A stretch of 64,000 nt of DNA. Origin: an uncultured bacterium. Lineage in GTDB: Bacteria > Macinerneyibacteriota > Macinerneyibacteria > Macinerneyibacteriales > DSCS01. Location of the stretch: contig CAZJQC010000002.1 of NCBI GenBank assembly GCA_964548195.1, forward strand, positions 107,315 to 171,314. Reading direction: 5' to 3'. Every line of letters starts with the position of its first letter. The stretch's first letter is position 1. The notes beneath the pieces are model-generated. The model was not told the origin of the DNA, searched no databases, and saw nothing but the letters and a program-made list of their open reading frames with translations. Made by a program: the position numbers and the translations under genes. Below are positions 47,284 through 57,321 of the stretch, piece by piece.

Positions 47284-48825
47284 ATGGCCAGTTTGATACC
47301 GGAACCGTCATACTTGGAGACCAGGTCGCTTACAAAGCGGTTCGGGACTGTGCTGGCAAACGATGCGATCGATTTCAAAGTCGGGAAGGGCGAGATATAC
47401 GCCCTTCTCGGCGAAAACGGAGCGGGGAAAAGCACTTTGATGAATATGCTGTCAGGAGTGTACACGCCGGACAGCGGCCAAATACTCATACATTCCTCAC
47501 CTGTTCAATTTCGTTCTCCGGGTGATGCGATACGCATGGGCATAGGGATGATATATCAGCATTTCAAGCTCATAGACGTCATGACTGCCCTGGAAAACAT
47601 AATGCTGGGGACAGGTTCATCAGCGCTTTTAAACAAATCTTCAGCCCTTTTACGGGTCAGGGAGATATGCGGAAAATACGGCCTTTCATTCAACCCGGAT
47701 AAAAAAGTCTATGATATGTCCGTGGGCGAAAAACAAACAGTCGAGATAGTAAAGGTATTGTTCCGGGGCGCGGACATACTGATACTTGACGAGCCAACGG
47801 CCGTGCTGACTCCGCAGGAAACCGCAAACCTCTTCACCATACTGAAAAAAATGAAGGATGACGGCTGCGCCGTTGTCATAATCACACACAAATTAAACGA
47901 GGTCATGGAAATAAGCGACAAGGTCACCGTGCTCAGGAAAGGGCGAAATGTCGGGACCGTGAACACATCTGACACAGATCCGAAAAAATTGACCGATCTC
48001 ATGGTCGGGACGTCACTTGACCTTTCCATTGATTATTATGAGACAAAAGGAAAGAACATAGACCTGTCTGTCGGTTCACTGACGGTATACGACGATCAGA
48101 ACATAAAAAAACTGGATGCCGTGAGTTTCGACCTCCATTCAGGGGAAATACTGGGTGTGGCGGGCGTGGCCGACAGCGGACAAAAGGAACTTTGCGAGGC
48201 GCTGGCGGGACTTCAGACGATAAAAAGCGGTTCTGTCCGTTTCAAAGGCACAGAGCTTGTAGGCCTCACTTCCAGACAGATCATAGAAAAAGGGATAAGC
48301 ATGAGTTTTATACCCGAAGACAGACTGGGTATGGGTCTTGTGGCATCGATGGACATAACGTCAAATATCATGCTCAAGGACTATTATAGGACGCCGGGGC
48401 CCTTTCTGGACCGCGCCGGCGGACGCATCAAAGCAGAGCGCATAATAGAAAAATTCGACATACGCACCCCGGGGCCCGATCATCCGGTAAAACTTCTTTC
48501 AGGAGGAAACATCCAAAAAGTACTGCTGGGGCGTGAGATCGAATCATCCCCTCATCTCCTCATTACGGCTTATCCTACAAGGGGGCTGGACATAGCGTCA
48601 TCGCATCTGATATATGATCAACTTAATGTGCAGAAAAGACTCGGCGTGCCTATACTCTACATAGGCGAGGACCTCGACGTACTGCTGGAACTTTGCGACA
48701 GGATACTGGTACTGTGCGACGGAAGATGCATGGGGATACTGAACTCCGGGAACGCCACCAAGGAGGCTATCGGGCTGATGATGGCCGGACATGAAAGTGC
48801 TTTGTCCGACAAGGCGGCGACATGA
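47284..48825 (+). CDS. ABC transporter ATP-binding protein with duplicated NBD (nucleoside/sugar type)
   Basis: Two Walker A motifs (GENGAGKST, GVADSGQKE), signature LSGGNIQK, Walker B ILILDEPT. Confidence 0.85.
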   Translation: MASLIPEPSYLETRSLTKRFGTVLANDAIDFKVGKGEIYALLGENGAGKSTLMNMLSGVYTPDSGQILIHSSPVQFRSPGDAIRMGIGMIYQHFKLIDVMTALENIMLGTGSSALLNKSSALLRVREICGKYGLSFNPDKKVYDMSVGEKQTVEIVKVLFRGADILILDEPTAVLTPQETANLFTILKKMKDDGCAVVIITHKLNEVMEISDKVTVLRKGRNVGTVNTSDTDPKKLTDLMVGTSLDLSIDYYETKGKNIDLSVGSLTVYDDQNIKKLDAVSFDLHSGEILGVAGVADSGQKELCEALAGLQTIKSGSVRFKGTELVGLTSRQIIEKGISMSFIPEDRLGMGLVASMDITSNIMLKDYYRTPGPFLDRAGGRIKAERIIEKFDIRTPGPDHPVKLLSGGNIQKVLLGREIESSPHLLITAYPTRGLDIASSHLIYDQLNVQKRLGVPILYIGEDLDVLLELCDRILVLCDGRCMGILNSGNATKEAIGLMMAGHESALSDKAAT

Positions 48826-49886
48826 TGTTTCATATTGTCAAACGTGAGATGCCGTCAGGCAGAAAACGGTTTTTAATACATTTTTCCGCCATTGCCGCCG
48901 CGCTGCTCACGGCATCTATATTCATACTTCTTATGGGGCACAACCCCTTCTCCGTTTACGTGTCTATGGTAAAGGGGGCGTTCGGGACCGCGCACAGATT
49001 CAACGAGACTATCATCAAATCCATACCGCTTATTATAACTTCCATAGGCATTTCAGCTGCGTTTCGCATGAAGTTCTGGAACATAGGCGCCGAAGGGCAG
49101 ATCATCATGGGCGCTTTCGGAGCCTCATTCGTCGCCCTTAACCTGCCGCATCTTCCTCAGCCCCTGCTGCTGCCGCTGATGGCGGCGGCCGGAATCGTCG
49201 CAGGGGGCATATGGGGAGCCATACCGGCTGTATTCAAGGCTTCTTTCGGCACAAATGAGACGATTTTCACTCTTATGCTGAATTATGTCGCCTTGAAATG
49301 GGTCACATACCTGCAATTCGGGCCATGGAAAGACCCGCAAGCCCTGGGATTTCCAAAGATCGCTAATTTTTCCGCGGCCGCCTCACTGCCCGGTGTATTC
49401 GGCATGCATGCCGGCTGGGTCATAGCTGTCGCGTTGACGTTTCTCTCCTATCTGTTCTTCAAACGGACAAAAAAAGGCTTTGAGATAGAGGTGATCGGAG
49501 AAAGCGAAAAAACAGCCAGGTATGCGGGTATAAACGTCCCCAGGACAATCATATTCACCGTATTTTTAAGCGGCGCGGTATGCGGCCTTTCCGGGATGGT
49601 CCAGGCCTCAGCCATACACGGCACCCTCTCTATGGAGATAGGCGGGGGCGTCGGCTATACCGCGATCATAACCGCCTGGCTGTCCAATCTGAAGGAACAG
49701 AATATTATACTCACTTCCTTTCTGTTCGCCGCGATGCTGCAGGGCAGTTCCTATATACAGATGGCTTTTCAAATACCCCAGTCGGCGGCCCAGATACTTC
49801 AGGGGCTGATATTGTTCTTCGTCTTGGGCAGCGAATTTTTCACCCGTTACATAATAGTCGCGGACAGAAGCAGGGCGGGCAAGTGA
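48822..49886 (+). CDS. ABC transporter permease (branched-chain/nucleoside family)
   Basis: Polytopic membrane protein; 4-nt overlap with the ATPase gene. Confidence 0.8.
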   Translation: MMFHIVKREMPSGRKRFLIHFSAIAAALLTASIFILLMGHNPFSVYVSMVKGAFGTAHRFNETIIKSIPLIITSIGISAAFRMKFWNIGAEGQIIMGAFGASFVALNLPHLPQPLLLPLMAAAGIVAGGIWGAIPAVFKASFGTNETIFTLMLNYVALKWVTYLQFGPWKDPQALGFPKIANFSAAASLPGVFGMHAGWVIAVALTFLSYLFFKRTKKGFEIEVIGESEKTARYAGINVPRTIIFTVFLSGAVCGLSGMVQASAIHGTLSMEIGGGVGYTAIITAWLSNLKEQNIILTSFLFAAMLQGSSYIQMAFQIPQSAAQILQGLILFFVLGSEFFTRYIIVADRSRAGK

Positions 49887-49887
49887 T

Positions 49888-50817
49888 ATGATCATATCTT
49901 TCTTACATGCAGCGGTGATCTCAGGAACGCCTCTTTTGTTTGCAATATTGGGCGAGATCCTCACCGAAAAGACCGGAAAACTCAATCTGGGAGTGGAAGG
50001 CATGATGATGATGGGCGCCGTCATAGGCTTCAAGACAGCCCTTATCACATCCAACGGACCGCTCGCGATCCTGGGCGCAGCCGCAGCTGGCGGAGCAGGC
50101 GCCCTGATATACGCGGTGCTTACAGTCACGCTGCGGGCAAATCAGACGGTCACCGGACTCACACTCACGATATTCGGGACCGGGTTTGCAAGTTTTGCCG
50201 GACAAAATCTTTCAGGCACAGTCGTGCCCGCATCCGTACGCGCTTTTTTCAGCGAGACGCCACTCCCCCTGCTAAGCAAAATACCCGTTATAGGACCGGT
50301 GTTTTTTTCGCACAGCGTCTTTGTGTATATTGGCTACGCGGTGGTGTTCGCCTCCTGGTTTTACATCAACAGGACAAAGGCGGGGCTGAGTTTAAGAGCC
50401 ATAGGGGAAAATACTGCGGCTGCCGATTCTTCAGGAATACATGTGCTGACATACAAATATATCCATATAATCGCCGGAGGTCTGCTGGCGGGGCTCGGAG
50501 GTGCCTTTCTCTCCCTTGTCTATGTTCCCGCGTGGCAGGAGAACATCACTGCCGGACGGGGGTGGATAGCGGTCGCTCTTGTTATTTTCTGCCGATGGGA
50601 CCCGCTTAAGGTGTTTATAGGCGCTTATCTATTCGGCGGCCTTGACATCATAGGCTTCCGCCTGCAAAGGTTTGACATACATGTTTCCCAGTATTTCCTG
50701 GACATGCTGCCCTATCTGATGACGACCTTCATACTCGTGGCTGCCTCGGTAAAGAAAAAAATAGGGAGTTCTCCCCCGGCTGAGCTGGGAAATCCTTATT
50801 TCCGTGAAGACAAGTGA
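49888..50817 (+). CDS. ABC transporter permease, second subunit
   Basis: Polytopic membrane protein immediately after the first permease. Confidence 0.8.
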   Translation: MIISFLHAAVISGTPLLFAILGEILTEKTGKLNLGVEGMMMMGAVIGFKTALITSNGPLAILGAAAAGGAGALIYAVLTVTLRANQTVTGLTLTIFGTGFASFAGQNLSGTVVPASVRAFFSETPLPLLSKIPVIGPVFFSHSVFVYIGYAVVFASWFYINRTKAGLSLRAIGENTAAADSSGIHVLTYKYIHIIAGGLLAGLGGAFLSLVYVPAWQENITAGRGWIAVALVIFCRWDPLKVFIGAYLFGGLDIIGFRLQRFDIHVSQYFLDMLPYLMTTFILVAASVKKKIGSSPPAELGNPYFREDK

Positions 50818-51167
50818 TCCCCGTTCTTGTCAAAACACTCTATGGTCTTCATGTCCTTCATCAGAAAATAGTTCAGAAATGTCCTTAATACGATGACTGC
50901 CGCCAACTGGGTAAGGTCCTCCCATGTCGGAGCGATGATGCTTTTCAATATGCTTGATCCGATAAGAAAACTCAGGGAAAGGGATATGGAATTCCCCAGC
51001 TCCGACCGTATCATCGCGACCGCCATCACCACGCGGGACCTCTTTCGGGAATTGACGTTGACATAAGATATAATGGCACGAATAAACCCCCACGCCAAGA
51101 CGATAAGCGCGGAGACCTGCGCCAGGGCCATCACTATCCCCACCAACAAGGCTATTATGCCATTCAT
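50796..51167 (-). CDS. DUF1622 small membrane protein
   Basis: 123 aa with TM helices; 4-nt overlap with the upstream WYL gene; convergent 22-nt 3' overlap with the permease gene. Confidence 0.45.
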   Translation of the reverse strand: MNGIIALLVGIVMALAQVSALIVLAWGFIRAIISYVNVNSRKRSRVVMAVAMIRSELGNSISLSLSFLIGSSILKSIIAPTWEDLTQLAAVIVLRTFLNYFLMKDMKTIECFDKNGDHLSSRK

Positions 51168-52021
51168 TTTTTCTCCTCAGAATATTTTTCCGCCATTGAC
51201 AAAGCCTTGTCATGAAAAAAGACGGCCAGTTCTCTGGGCTCAAGCACCACCGCTTCATCCAAAAACGTGGAGAAATAGACTTTCGCCCTTCTCATGGAAC
51301 ATTCCAGTTCGTAAACGCGCCCATCTTTGGATATGATCTCAGGGCGGTTTTTGATGATCAGTTTTTCGAAGAGCTCCACGCCGTAATCGGAAAACTTTAC
51401 TTTTACCCTGTTTCCGAACGACAAAAACGGATCGAAATTACGTTTTACGGTCCTGACATGCTCTTCGTCACGAAAGGACTGTTTGTCGGCGGATATCATG
51501 AGCGGCCTGGCGTTCGACAATCTGTAATTGCGGTACTCGCCGTTTTTCAGACACCATGAAAAAATGTAATTGGTCGCCTGCTCCTTGTCGGTCAAAACGG
51601 CATACGGCTCTATCAGTCTATTTTCGGAGTTTTTGTATTCGATCAGCAGGCGGCGCTTCTTTGTGACGGCCTCTCTGATCAGACTCATACGGTCGCTGAA
51701 AATCAGAAGTTCCCTTTTAAAGGATGGATTGTCGCAATACGCCCAGAACAAAGCCCTGAAAAACCTTGATTTATACTCTATTCTTTCCGGGTCCGTCATC
51801 CGCAGCGTCTCAAACAAAGCCGCATTGTCGTTGGTAAGTTTGAACTGTATGTCCTTGTCGACTCCGAAGCCGTCGTCCCTTATCTCCGCCCTGGCGTATA
51901 ATCCGCTGAAAATGCGGTTGCAGAGGGCATTCAGGTTTACAGAAAAAACAGCCGAATCGTTTTTCAATATATCGTATATGAGATAAGGCAGTTTTACTTT
52001 TATCTTATGTTCTTCCTGCAT
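51164..52021 (-). CDS. WYL-WCX domain protein without obvious N-terminal HTH
   Basis: LLIEYKNSENRLIEPYAVL...YIFSWCLKNGEYRNYRLSNARPL matches the WYL core; C-terminal AVVLEPRELAVFF resembles WCX; ATGA overlap with the kinase stop. Confidence 0.6.
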   Translation of the reverse strand: MQEEHKIKVKLPYLIYDILKNDSAVFSVNLNALCNRIFSGLYARAEIRDDGFGVDKDIQFKLTNDNAALFETLRMTDPERIEYKSRFFRALFWAYCDNPSFKRELLIFSDRMSLIREAVTKKRRLLIEYKNSENRLIEPYAVLTDKEQATNYIFSWCLKNGEYRNYRLSNARPLMISADKQSFRDEEHVRTVKRNFDPFLSFGNRVKVKFSDYGVELFEKLIIKNRPEIISKDGRVYELECSMRRAKVYFSTFLDEAVVLEPRELAVFFHDKALSMAEKYSEEKK

Positions 52022-55000
52022 CAGAAATAACGCTCTTTCAGATCCTGTATCATGCTTCTCACCTTCTCGTCGTTATAGTCGTCGGCAGCCGCCGTAAAAC
52101 GTTCGCCCAGGCCGCTCAGAAAACTGTCGTCAGAGCCTGAAAGATACGTTTCGGCCACCTTCTTGATCTCTTCGGGAATAAATACTATAAGGGCCTCCTC
52201 CACTTCTTTCAGAAATGCGGAAAGCACCCCGACCGTATCGGGCTCAAGTTTCGGAAAATCCCTTTCGGCGATATCGTCTGCGGAAAGAGAGGCGTTGGAG
52301 GAACAGAGCCCCTTGAGGTATTCGACCTTAGACTGGAAAAGTTCTTTGTCAATGGGCTTGGATATATAATCATCACAACCTTCAGCGAGGCATTTTTCCT
52401 CGTCTCCCTTGATCGCATAAGCGGTAAGCGCTATCACGTAGAGACCCGCAAGTTCCGAATCCGCCCTTATTTGCCTTATGGTCTCGAATCCGTCCATCAA
52501 AGGCATCTGGATGTCAAGCAGCAGCGCATCATACGCCGAAGCGCGAAGCGCATCCAGTGTTTCGATGCCGTTCGAGACGGTATCATAGGCGACGTCCTGC
52601 TTTTTAAGCATCGCCCCGATCAGCTTCTGGTTCATCTCATTGTCTTCGGCGACGAGCAGCTTTATTTTGCCGGCCGCCCGGCCGCCAAGATATTTGTCCG
52701 GTATCATGCTCACAAACTCCGTTATGTCAAAGAAAAGGGAATGTATTTTCTTCATGTCCGGAGCAGCCGATCCCAGTTCCTCATCCATTTTTTTAAAGAT
52801 CCTGTAGATCTCGGTCATGCCGTAATTGCCGGTAAAACCTTTCATGTCATGTACGACTTTTTTCAGTTCGGGCAGATTATTTTCGTTCAGGATACGTTGT
52901 ATCTCCGTCATGCGCAAAGGCAGTTTTTTGACGCCTTCCAGCAATATCTTCTCCAGAGCCTTGTCTCCATCGCCGCTCTTGACCCAGCCGCCGACCATCT
53001 TTTCGCCGTTGCTGGTCTTGCGCCTGAAATAGTCATTGAGGAAATCTATCAGGTTCATGCTCATGTCCTCGTTCTTGCTGAAGACGTGAAGGCATTTCTC
53101 ATTCAATAACTCTATGTCACCTTTGTCAAGGTCCTTCGCTGTGGCTATCACCACCGGGATATCCGCGCGGCCTATCTTTTCCCTAAGTATGCCAAGAAAT
53201 TCAAAGCCGTCCATCTCGGGCATCATGAGGTCCAGCAATATCATATCCGGATATATACCCTTTTGTATGTCGTTCAGGGCAGAAAGCGCGTTATCGAAAA
53301 CAAACACATTGTAGCGGTTCGCGTGAAGTATGCTCTTGTAAAGAGACAGGACATCCTTGTCGTCGTCGATCACATAGACGTTTTTTACGTTTCCGTTGGT
53401 GACCAGCGCCGTCCTTATCCTTCTTATAAACTCACTTTCATCCAATGGTTTCCTGATATAATCGAAGACTCCGTAATTTATGGTCTCCGCTATGTCATCA
53501 ATGATGGAGCAGACTACAACCGGTATATGAGCGGTCCTTTGATCGGCTTTAAGCATGTCGTTTATCTGAAAACCGTTCAGCCCTTCCATCTTGATGTCGA
53601 GCAAGACGAGATCCGCGTTCTCATTGTATGTGTTTTCAACCACATTGCGGTTGTTGTCGATCGCCACGGAACGGTACCCGTGTTTTTTCAGCAGGCTCTG
53701 TATTATCATAAGATCGTTGTCGTTGTTTTCGACGATCGCTATTTTTTCATGTCTCACGCCCTTGTTTGCGATGTTGCGCCTCACATCATCGGCATACGGC
53801 CTTTTGACTTCCGGAAGAGGAAGTATAACTACAAACTCGCTGCCCTTTCCCTCTTCGCTGTACAGTTCTATCTCACCGCCCATAGTCTCGACAAGACGCT
53901 TTGTTATCGCCAGTCCCAAACCGGTTCCACCGAACTCTCTTGTGGTGGAGACATCCCCCTGTCTGAAAGCGGTAAACACAAGAGATCGTTTTTTTAACGG
54001 TATGCCGATACCCGTGTCCTTCACCGAAAGCACCATGGTCCCGGCTTCGTATGAACATATCATGTCGATGGAACCTTCCCGGGTAAATTTAACGGCGTTG
54101 CTCAACAGGTTCATCACGATCTGATTGATCCTGTGCTCGTCGCCGAACACATAATCAGGGACATCCTCTTTGATATGGAGGCGGATATCTATGTCTTTTT
54201 CCGATGCCCGCAGCAAAAACATATTACGCAGGTCCTTTAACAGATCTCCCAGGGAAAAACTTATTTTTTCCAGTTCCACCTTGCCGGCTTCTATCTTGGA
54301 AAAGTCAAGTATGTCGTTGATCAGGTTCAGGAGGTTCATCCCCGACCTGTTTATTATTTCAAGCATCTCACTCTTTTCGGGATCTTTTTCACTCTCTCTC
54401 AGTATGCTTGTAAATCCCAGTATCGAATTCATGGGGGTGCGGATCTCATGGCTCATATTCGCAAGAAACAGGCTTTTTGTGCGATTGGCGGCTTCGGCCC
54501 GTTCCTTCGCCTTCATCAGTTCCTCCCTTGTCCTCACCCTCTCGGTAATATCCCTCGCTATTATTGTAAAGCCCTGTTTTCTGCCATGTGAAAAAATGGC
54601 TGACATCGAGACCGATACGGGGACATAGGTACCGTTTTTTTTCACCAGTCTGGTCTCATAATCCTTCAGGTCGCCGCTGACGCTCAATCTGTCGCAGATG
54701 TTCTTGTATTCTCCGGCGACGCTGTTTTCGGCATAAAACATGTTTTTGGCGGGACGGCCTTCCAGCTCTTCCGGCTTGAAACCGGTAAGAGAGGCGCAGG
54801 CCCCGTTTATGGTGGCGATCAGCCCGTCCGGAAGCACGATCATCAGGGCGTCGCTCATGGTGCGCACAATACTCTCTCCAGTGGTCTTCGGAGACAAGAT
54901 GAACAACTCGTATTTCCAGATCGCATAGGCGATAAAAGCACTGCCGGCAATATAGGAGACGGTAAACATCTCGGGCAGTTTGAAACCCAGCATATTGAGT

Positions 55001-55572
55001 ATGTTTATCACATAGGCCATAAGAACGGGGATGGCGAAACTGATCAGCATATAAAATGCCTGCTTCTTTTTCCGGCCGGGCGGTGAAACGGCATAATACC
55101 GCGTTATGATCAGTATGCTGATGAGAAGGAGTGAAAAAGCCCATATCATCGCTATTCTGTTGGGCACTCCGGAAGACCATCCCCAGTAATTGAATACGGG
55201 TATGCGGGACTCGGATGACTCGGTTATATTTACGCCGACAAATGCGATCGCAGGCCCGTAAAGCGCGGCCAGGACCCAGGGCCTTTTCAAAAACGATTCC
55301 CTGCCGACCAGGACCACAATAAAATGGACGATGACGCTGATCAAAAGAGGCCAGGCACCGCCTATCTTTCGCCATAACATAGCGCTGTCAAAATCATAAG
55401 CGGTCCTTAGCATAAATTCCGCGAAACTCTGATATGAGGACAATATGCAAAGAAGCATAAAGAGCCTGTTTATGGGGTTATATGGATTTTTATAATATAC
55501 AAATGTACCGAGAAGGAGAGATATGATAAAAGCCGCCATGGAGGGCAATGCAAAAATATTCACAAAACACAC
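52021..55572 (-). CDS. hybrid sensor histidine kinase/response regulator (7TM sensor, PAS, HisKA, HATPase, three REC, Hpt)
   Basis: HisKA MSHEIRTPMNSILGF, HATPase GGTGLGLAI, receivers LLDIKMEGLNG, LLDLMMPEMDG, LLDIQMPLMDG, Hpt HDMKG; 1183 aa. Confidence 0.85.
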   Translation of the reverse strand: MCFVNIFALPSMAAFIISLLLGTFVYYKNPYNPINRLFMLLCILSSYQSFAEFMLRTAYDFDSAMLWRKIGGAWPLLISVIVHFIVVLVGRESFLKRPWVLAALYGPAIAFVGVNITESSESRIPVFNYWGWSSGVPNRIAMIWAFSLLLISILIITRYYAVSPPGRKKKQAFYMLISFAIPVLMAYVINILNMLGFKLPEMFTVSYIAGSAFIAYAIWKYELFILSPKTTGESIVRTMSDALMIVLPDGLIATINGACASLTGFKPEELEGRPAKNMFYAENSVAGEYKNICDRLSVSGDLKDYETRLVKKNGTYVPVSVSMSAIFSHGRKQGFTIIARDITERVRTREELMKAKERAEAANRTKSLFLANMSHEIRTPMNSILGFTSILRESEKDPEKSEMLEIINRSGMNLLNLINDILDFSKIEAGKVELEKISFSLGDLLKDLRNMFLLRASEKDIDIRLHIKEDVPDYVFGDEHRINQIVMNLLSNAVKFTREGSIDMICSYEAGTMVLSVKDTGIGIPLKKRSLVFTAFRQGDVSTTREFGGTGLGLAITKRLVETMGGEIELYSEEGKGSEFVVILPLPEVKRPYADDVRRNIANKGVRHEKIAIVENNDNDLMIIQSLLKKHGYRSVAIDNNRNVVENTYNENADLVLLDIKMEGLNGFQINDMLKADQRTAHIPVVVCSIIDDIAETINYGVFDYIRKPLDESEFIRRIRTALVTNGNVKNVYVIDDDKDVLSLYKSILHANRYNVFVFDNALSALNDIQKGIYPDMILLDLMMPEMDGFEFLGILREKIGRADIPVVIATAKDLDKGDIELLNEKCLHVFSKNEDMSMNLIDFLNDYFRRKTSNGEKMVGGWVKSGDGDKALEKILLEGVKKLPLRMTEIQRILNENNLPELKKVVHDMKGFTGNYGMTEIYRIFKKMDEELGSAAPDMKKIHSLFFDITEFVSMIPDKYLGGRAAGKIKLLVAEDNEMNQKLIGAMLKKQDVAYDTVSNGIETLDALRASAYDALLLDIQMPLMDGFETIRQIRADSELAGLYVIALTAYAIKGDEEKCLAEGCDDYISKPIDKELFQSKVEYLKGLCSSNASLSADDIAERDFPKLEPDTVGVLSAFLKEVEEALIVFIPEEIKKVAETYLSGSDDSFLSGLGERFTAAADDYNDEKVRSMIQDLKERYF

Positions 55573-55584
55573 CTCCTCATTTTA

Positions 55585-56673
55585 TCAACATTTTTTTTGA
55601 AGCTCCGATTTTTTACAAAAGCTTTTTACCGAGATCAACTCTTCCTTATTTGCCATATATATGTCGACAAGCTTTGGCTCGAACTGTTTGCCCTTTTGGG
55701 ATATTATCATGGAATCCGCTTTTTTTTCAATGTAAATATCTTTATACACGCGCTTTGTGGTCAACGCATCATACACATCGGATATGGCGACTATCCTTGC
55801 TTCCAGAGGTATGTCATTGCCTGCAAGCCCTCTGGCATATCCCTTCCCGTCCCACCGTTCATGGTGGAAGAGGACGATGTTTTTCGCCATCGGGTCGATA
55901 CCCTCGGCATCAAGCATCTTCGCGCCTATCAAGACATGCTCCTTGACACGGTCGAACTCATTGTTGTCGTAATCCCCCGGTTTTTTCAAAAGGGACTGTG
56001 GTATGCCGACCTTTCCTATGTCATGCAGCGATGCGTAGATCCGTATACGTTTGATAAATTCCTGTGAACAGCCGTAATGACGGGCGAAAAACTCCGCATA
56101 TTGACTCACCCGCCTGATATGGTTCCCCGTATCCGTGTCGTTGTACAGATTGACATTTTCCAGCGCGGTGACCATGGCTAATGTGATCTTTTCAAGTTTG
56201 TCCGTTTTTTCTTCCACGAGATACTGCAGATGTTCCTCTTCATTCGCAAGCATCTTGTTTTTCAACTTGAGGTCGTCGGATACCCTTTTGAGGTCTATCT
56301 GCACCTTTATCCTGGAGATAAGCTCACTTTTATGAAACGGTTTTGAGACGTAATCGACTCCGCCCATCTCAAAGGCCTTCACCTTGCTCTCAATATCCGT
56401 AAGTGCGGTTATGAAGATTATGGGGATCTCTCTGGACGCGGGCATATCCTTTAGCGCTTTTGCCACCTCAAAACCGCTCATCCGGGGCATCATCACATCA
56501 AGTAGTATCAGATCCGGATTAATCAGCGGCTGAGTTTCAAACATTTTAAGGACTGATGCACCATCATTCGCCGTGATAACCTGATAATCCGTGTTTTTTC
56601 TTATTATATTGGCTAGAAGACGCCTGTTCTCAAGCATATCATCTACAATGACTATCCTGCCAACGTTATCCAT
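55585..56673 (-). CDS. response regulator with HD-GYP phosphodiesterase output domain
   Basis: REC domain (LLDVMMPRMSG) plus HD-GYP (SLHDIGK, HHERWDGKGY). Confidence 0.85.
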   Translation of the reverse strand: MDNVGRIVIVDDMLENRRLLANIIRKNTDYQVITANDGASVLKMFETQPLINPDLILLDVMMPRMSGFEVAKALKDMPASREIPIIFITALTDIESKVKAFEMGGVDYVSKPFHKSELISRIKVQIDLKRVSDDLKLKNKMLANEEEHLQYLVEEKTDKLEKITLAMVTALENVNLYNDTDTGNHIRRVSQYAEFFARHYGCSQEFIKRIRIYASLHDIGKVGIPQSLLKKPGDYDNNEFDRVKEHVLIGAKMLDAEGIDPMAKNIVLFHHERWDGKGYARGLAGNDIPLEARIVAISDVYDALTTKRVYKDIYIEKKADSMIISQKGKQFEPKLVDIYMANKEELISVKSFCKKSELQKKC

Positions 56674-56751
56674 AAAACCTCATGAGTTAACCTGCACGGA
56701 TCAGACAAATATCAATTGAATTATATCAGAAAACAAACAATCGTTCAAGGC

Positions 56752-56973
56752 TCAGTAATGTTTTACGTCAATTATTTTGAACTCAAGAAAACGGGCGAGA
56801 TAGGTCAGATATGTCTCCGCCTGTGTTTTCATGCAATCGGATGAGATAAGGCGGGCGGTCTTGTCATTTTCGTCGACACGCATAAAAAAAAGCCCTTCCT
56901 CAGCTTCGGTCAAAGCCTTCAGAAGGGCCATTTTTGAAATATCGAGTCTTAATACAAATTCAGTCTCTCCCAT
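56752..56973 (-). CDS. small hypothetical protein (possibly DUF4911-like)
   Basis: 73-aa ORF immediately upstream of secG; assignment from memory only. Confidence 0.3.
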   Translation of the reverse strand: MGETEFVLRLDISKMALLKALTEAEEGLFFMRVDENDKTARLISSDCMKTQAETYLTYLARFLEFKIIDVKHY

Positions 56974-57303
56974 TTATTCCGGTGTGGAATCGGTCTGATC
57001 CCCGTCGGGAGCGTCCTGAGTCTCCGTCATCTCAGTCTGAGCCTTTATATCCTCTTTCAAAAGAGACCTGTTCTTCTTGACCGATGATAGTTTGGCTATG
57101 CTGAGAGAAGTGATCACAAACAGCACCGCGAGCACTGTTGTGGCTTTCGTCAGAAAACTCTGTCCGCCCGTGGCCGAAAACATGGAATTCCCGCCGCCGA
57201 GCATGCCTCCCAGTCCTCCTCCGTCACCCTCCTGCAAGAGTATAATCAATGTCAGAAGCACGGCTATCAAAATATGTATCACTATCAAAACCGTCGTAAG
57301 CAT
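56974..57303 (-). CDS. secG: preprotein translocase subunit SecG
   Basis: Two TM helices flanking the Gly-rich loop GDGGGLGGMLGGGNSMF. Confidence 0.8.
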   Translation of the reverse strand: MLTTVLIVIHILIAVLLTLIILLQEGDGGGLGGMLGGGNSMFSATGGQSFLTKATTVLAVLFVITSLSIAKLSSVKKNRSLLKEDIKAQTEMTETQDAPDGDQTDSTPE

Positions 57304-57321
57304 GTAACAACACCTCCGTAT

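Noticed and set aside
45405-57000. A tRNA-Ala-anchored genomic island or prophage.
   Set aside because: No integrase, excisionase or phage structural genes are present and no repeat of the tRNA 3' end was seen. The downstream genes are purine salvage and a two-component system.
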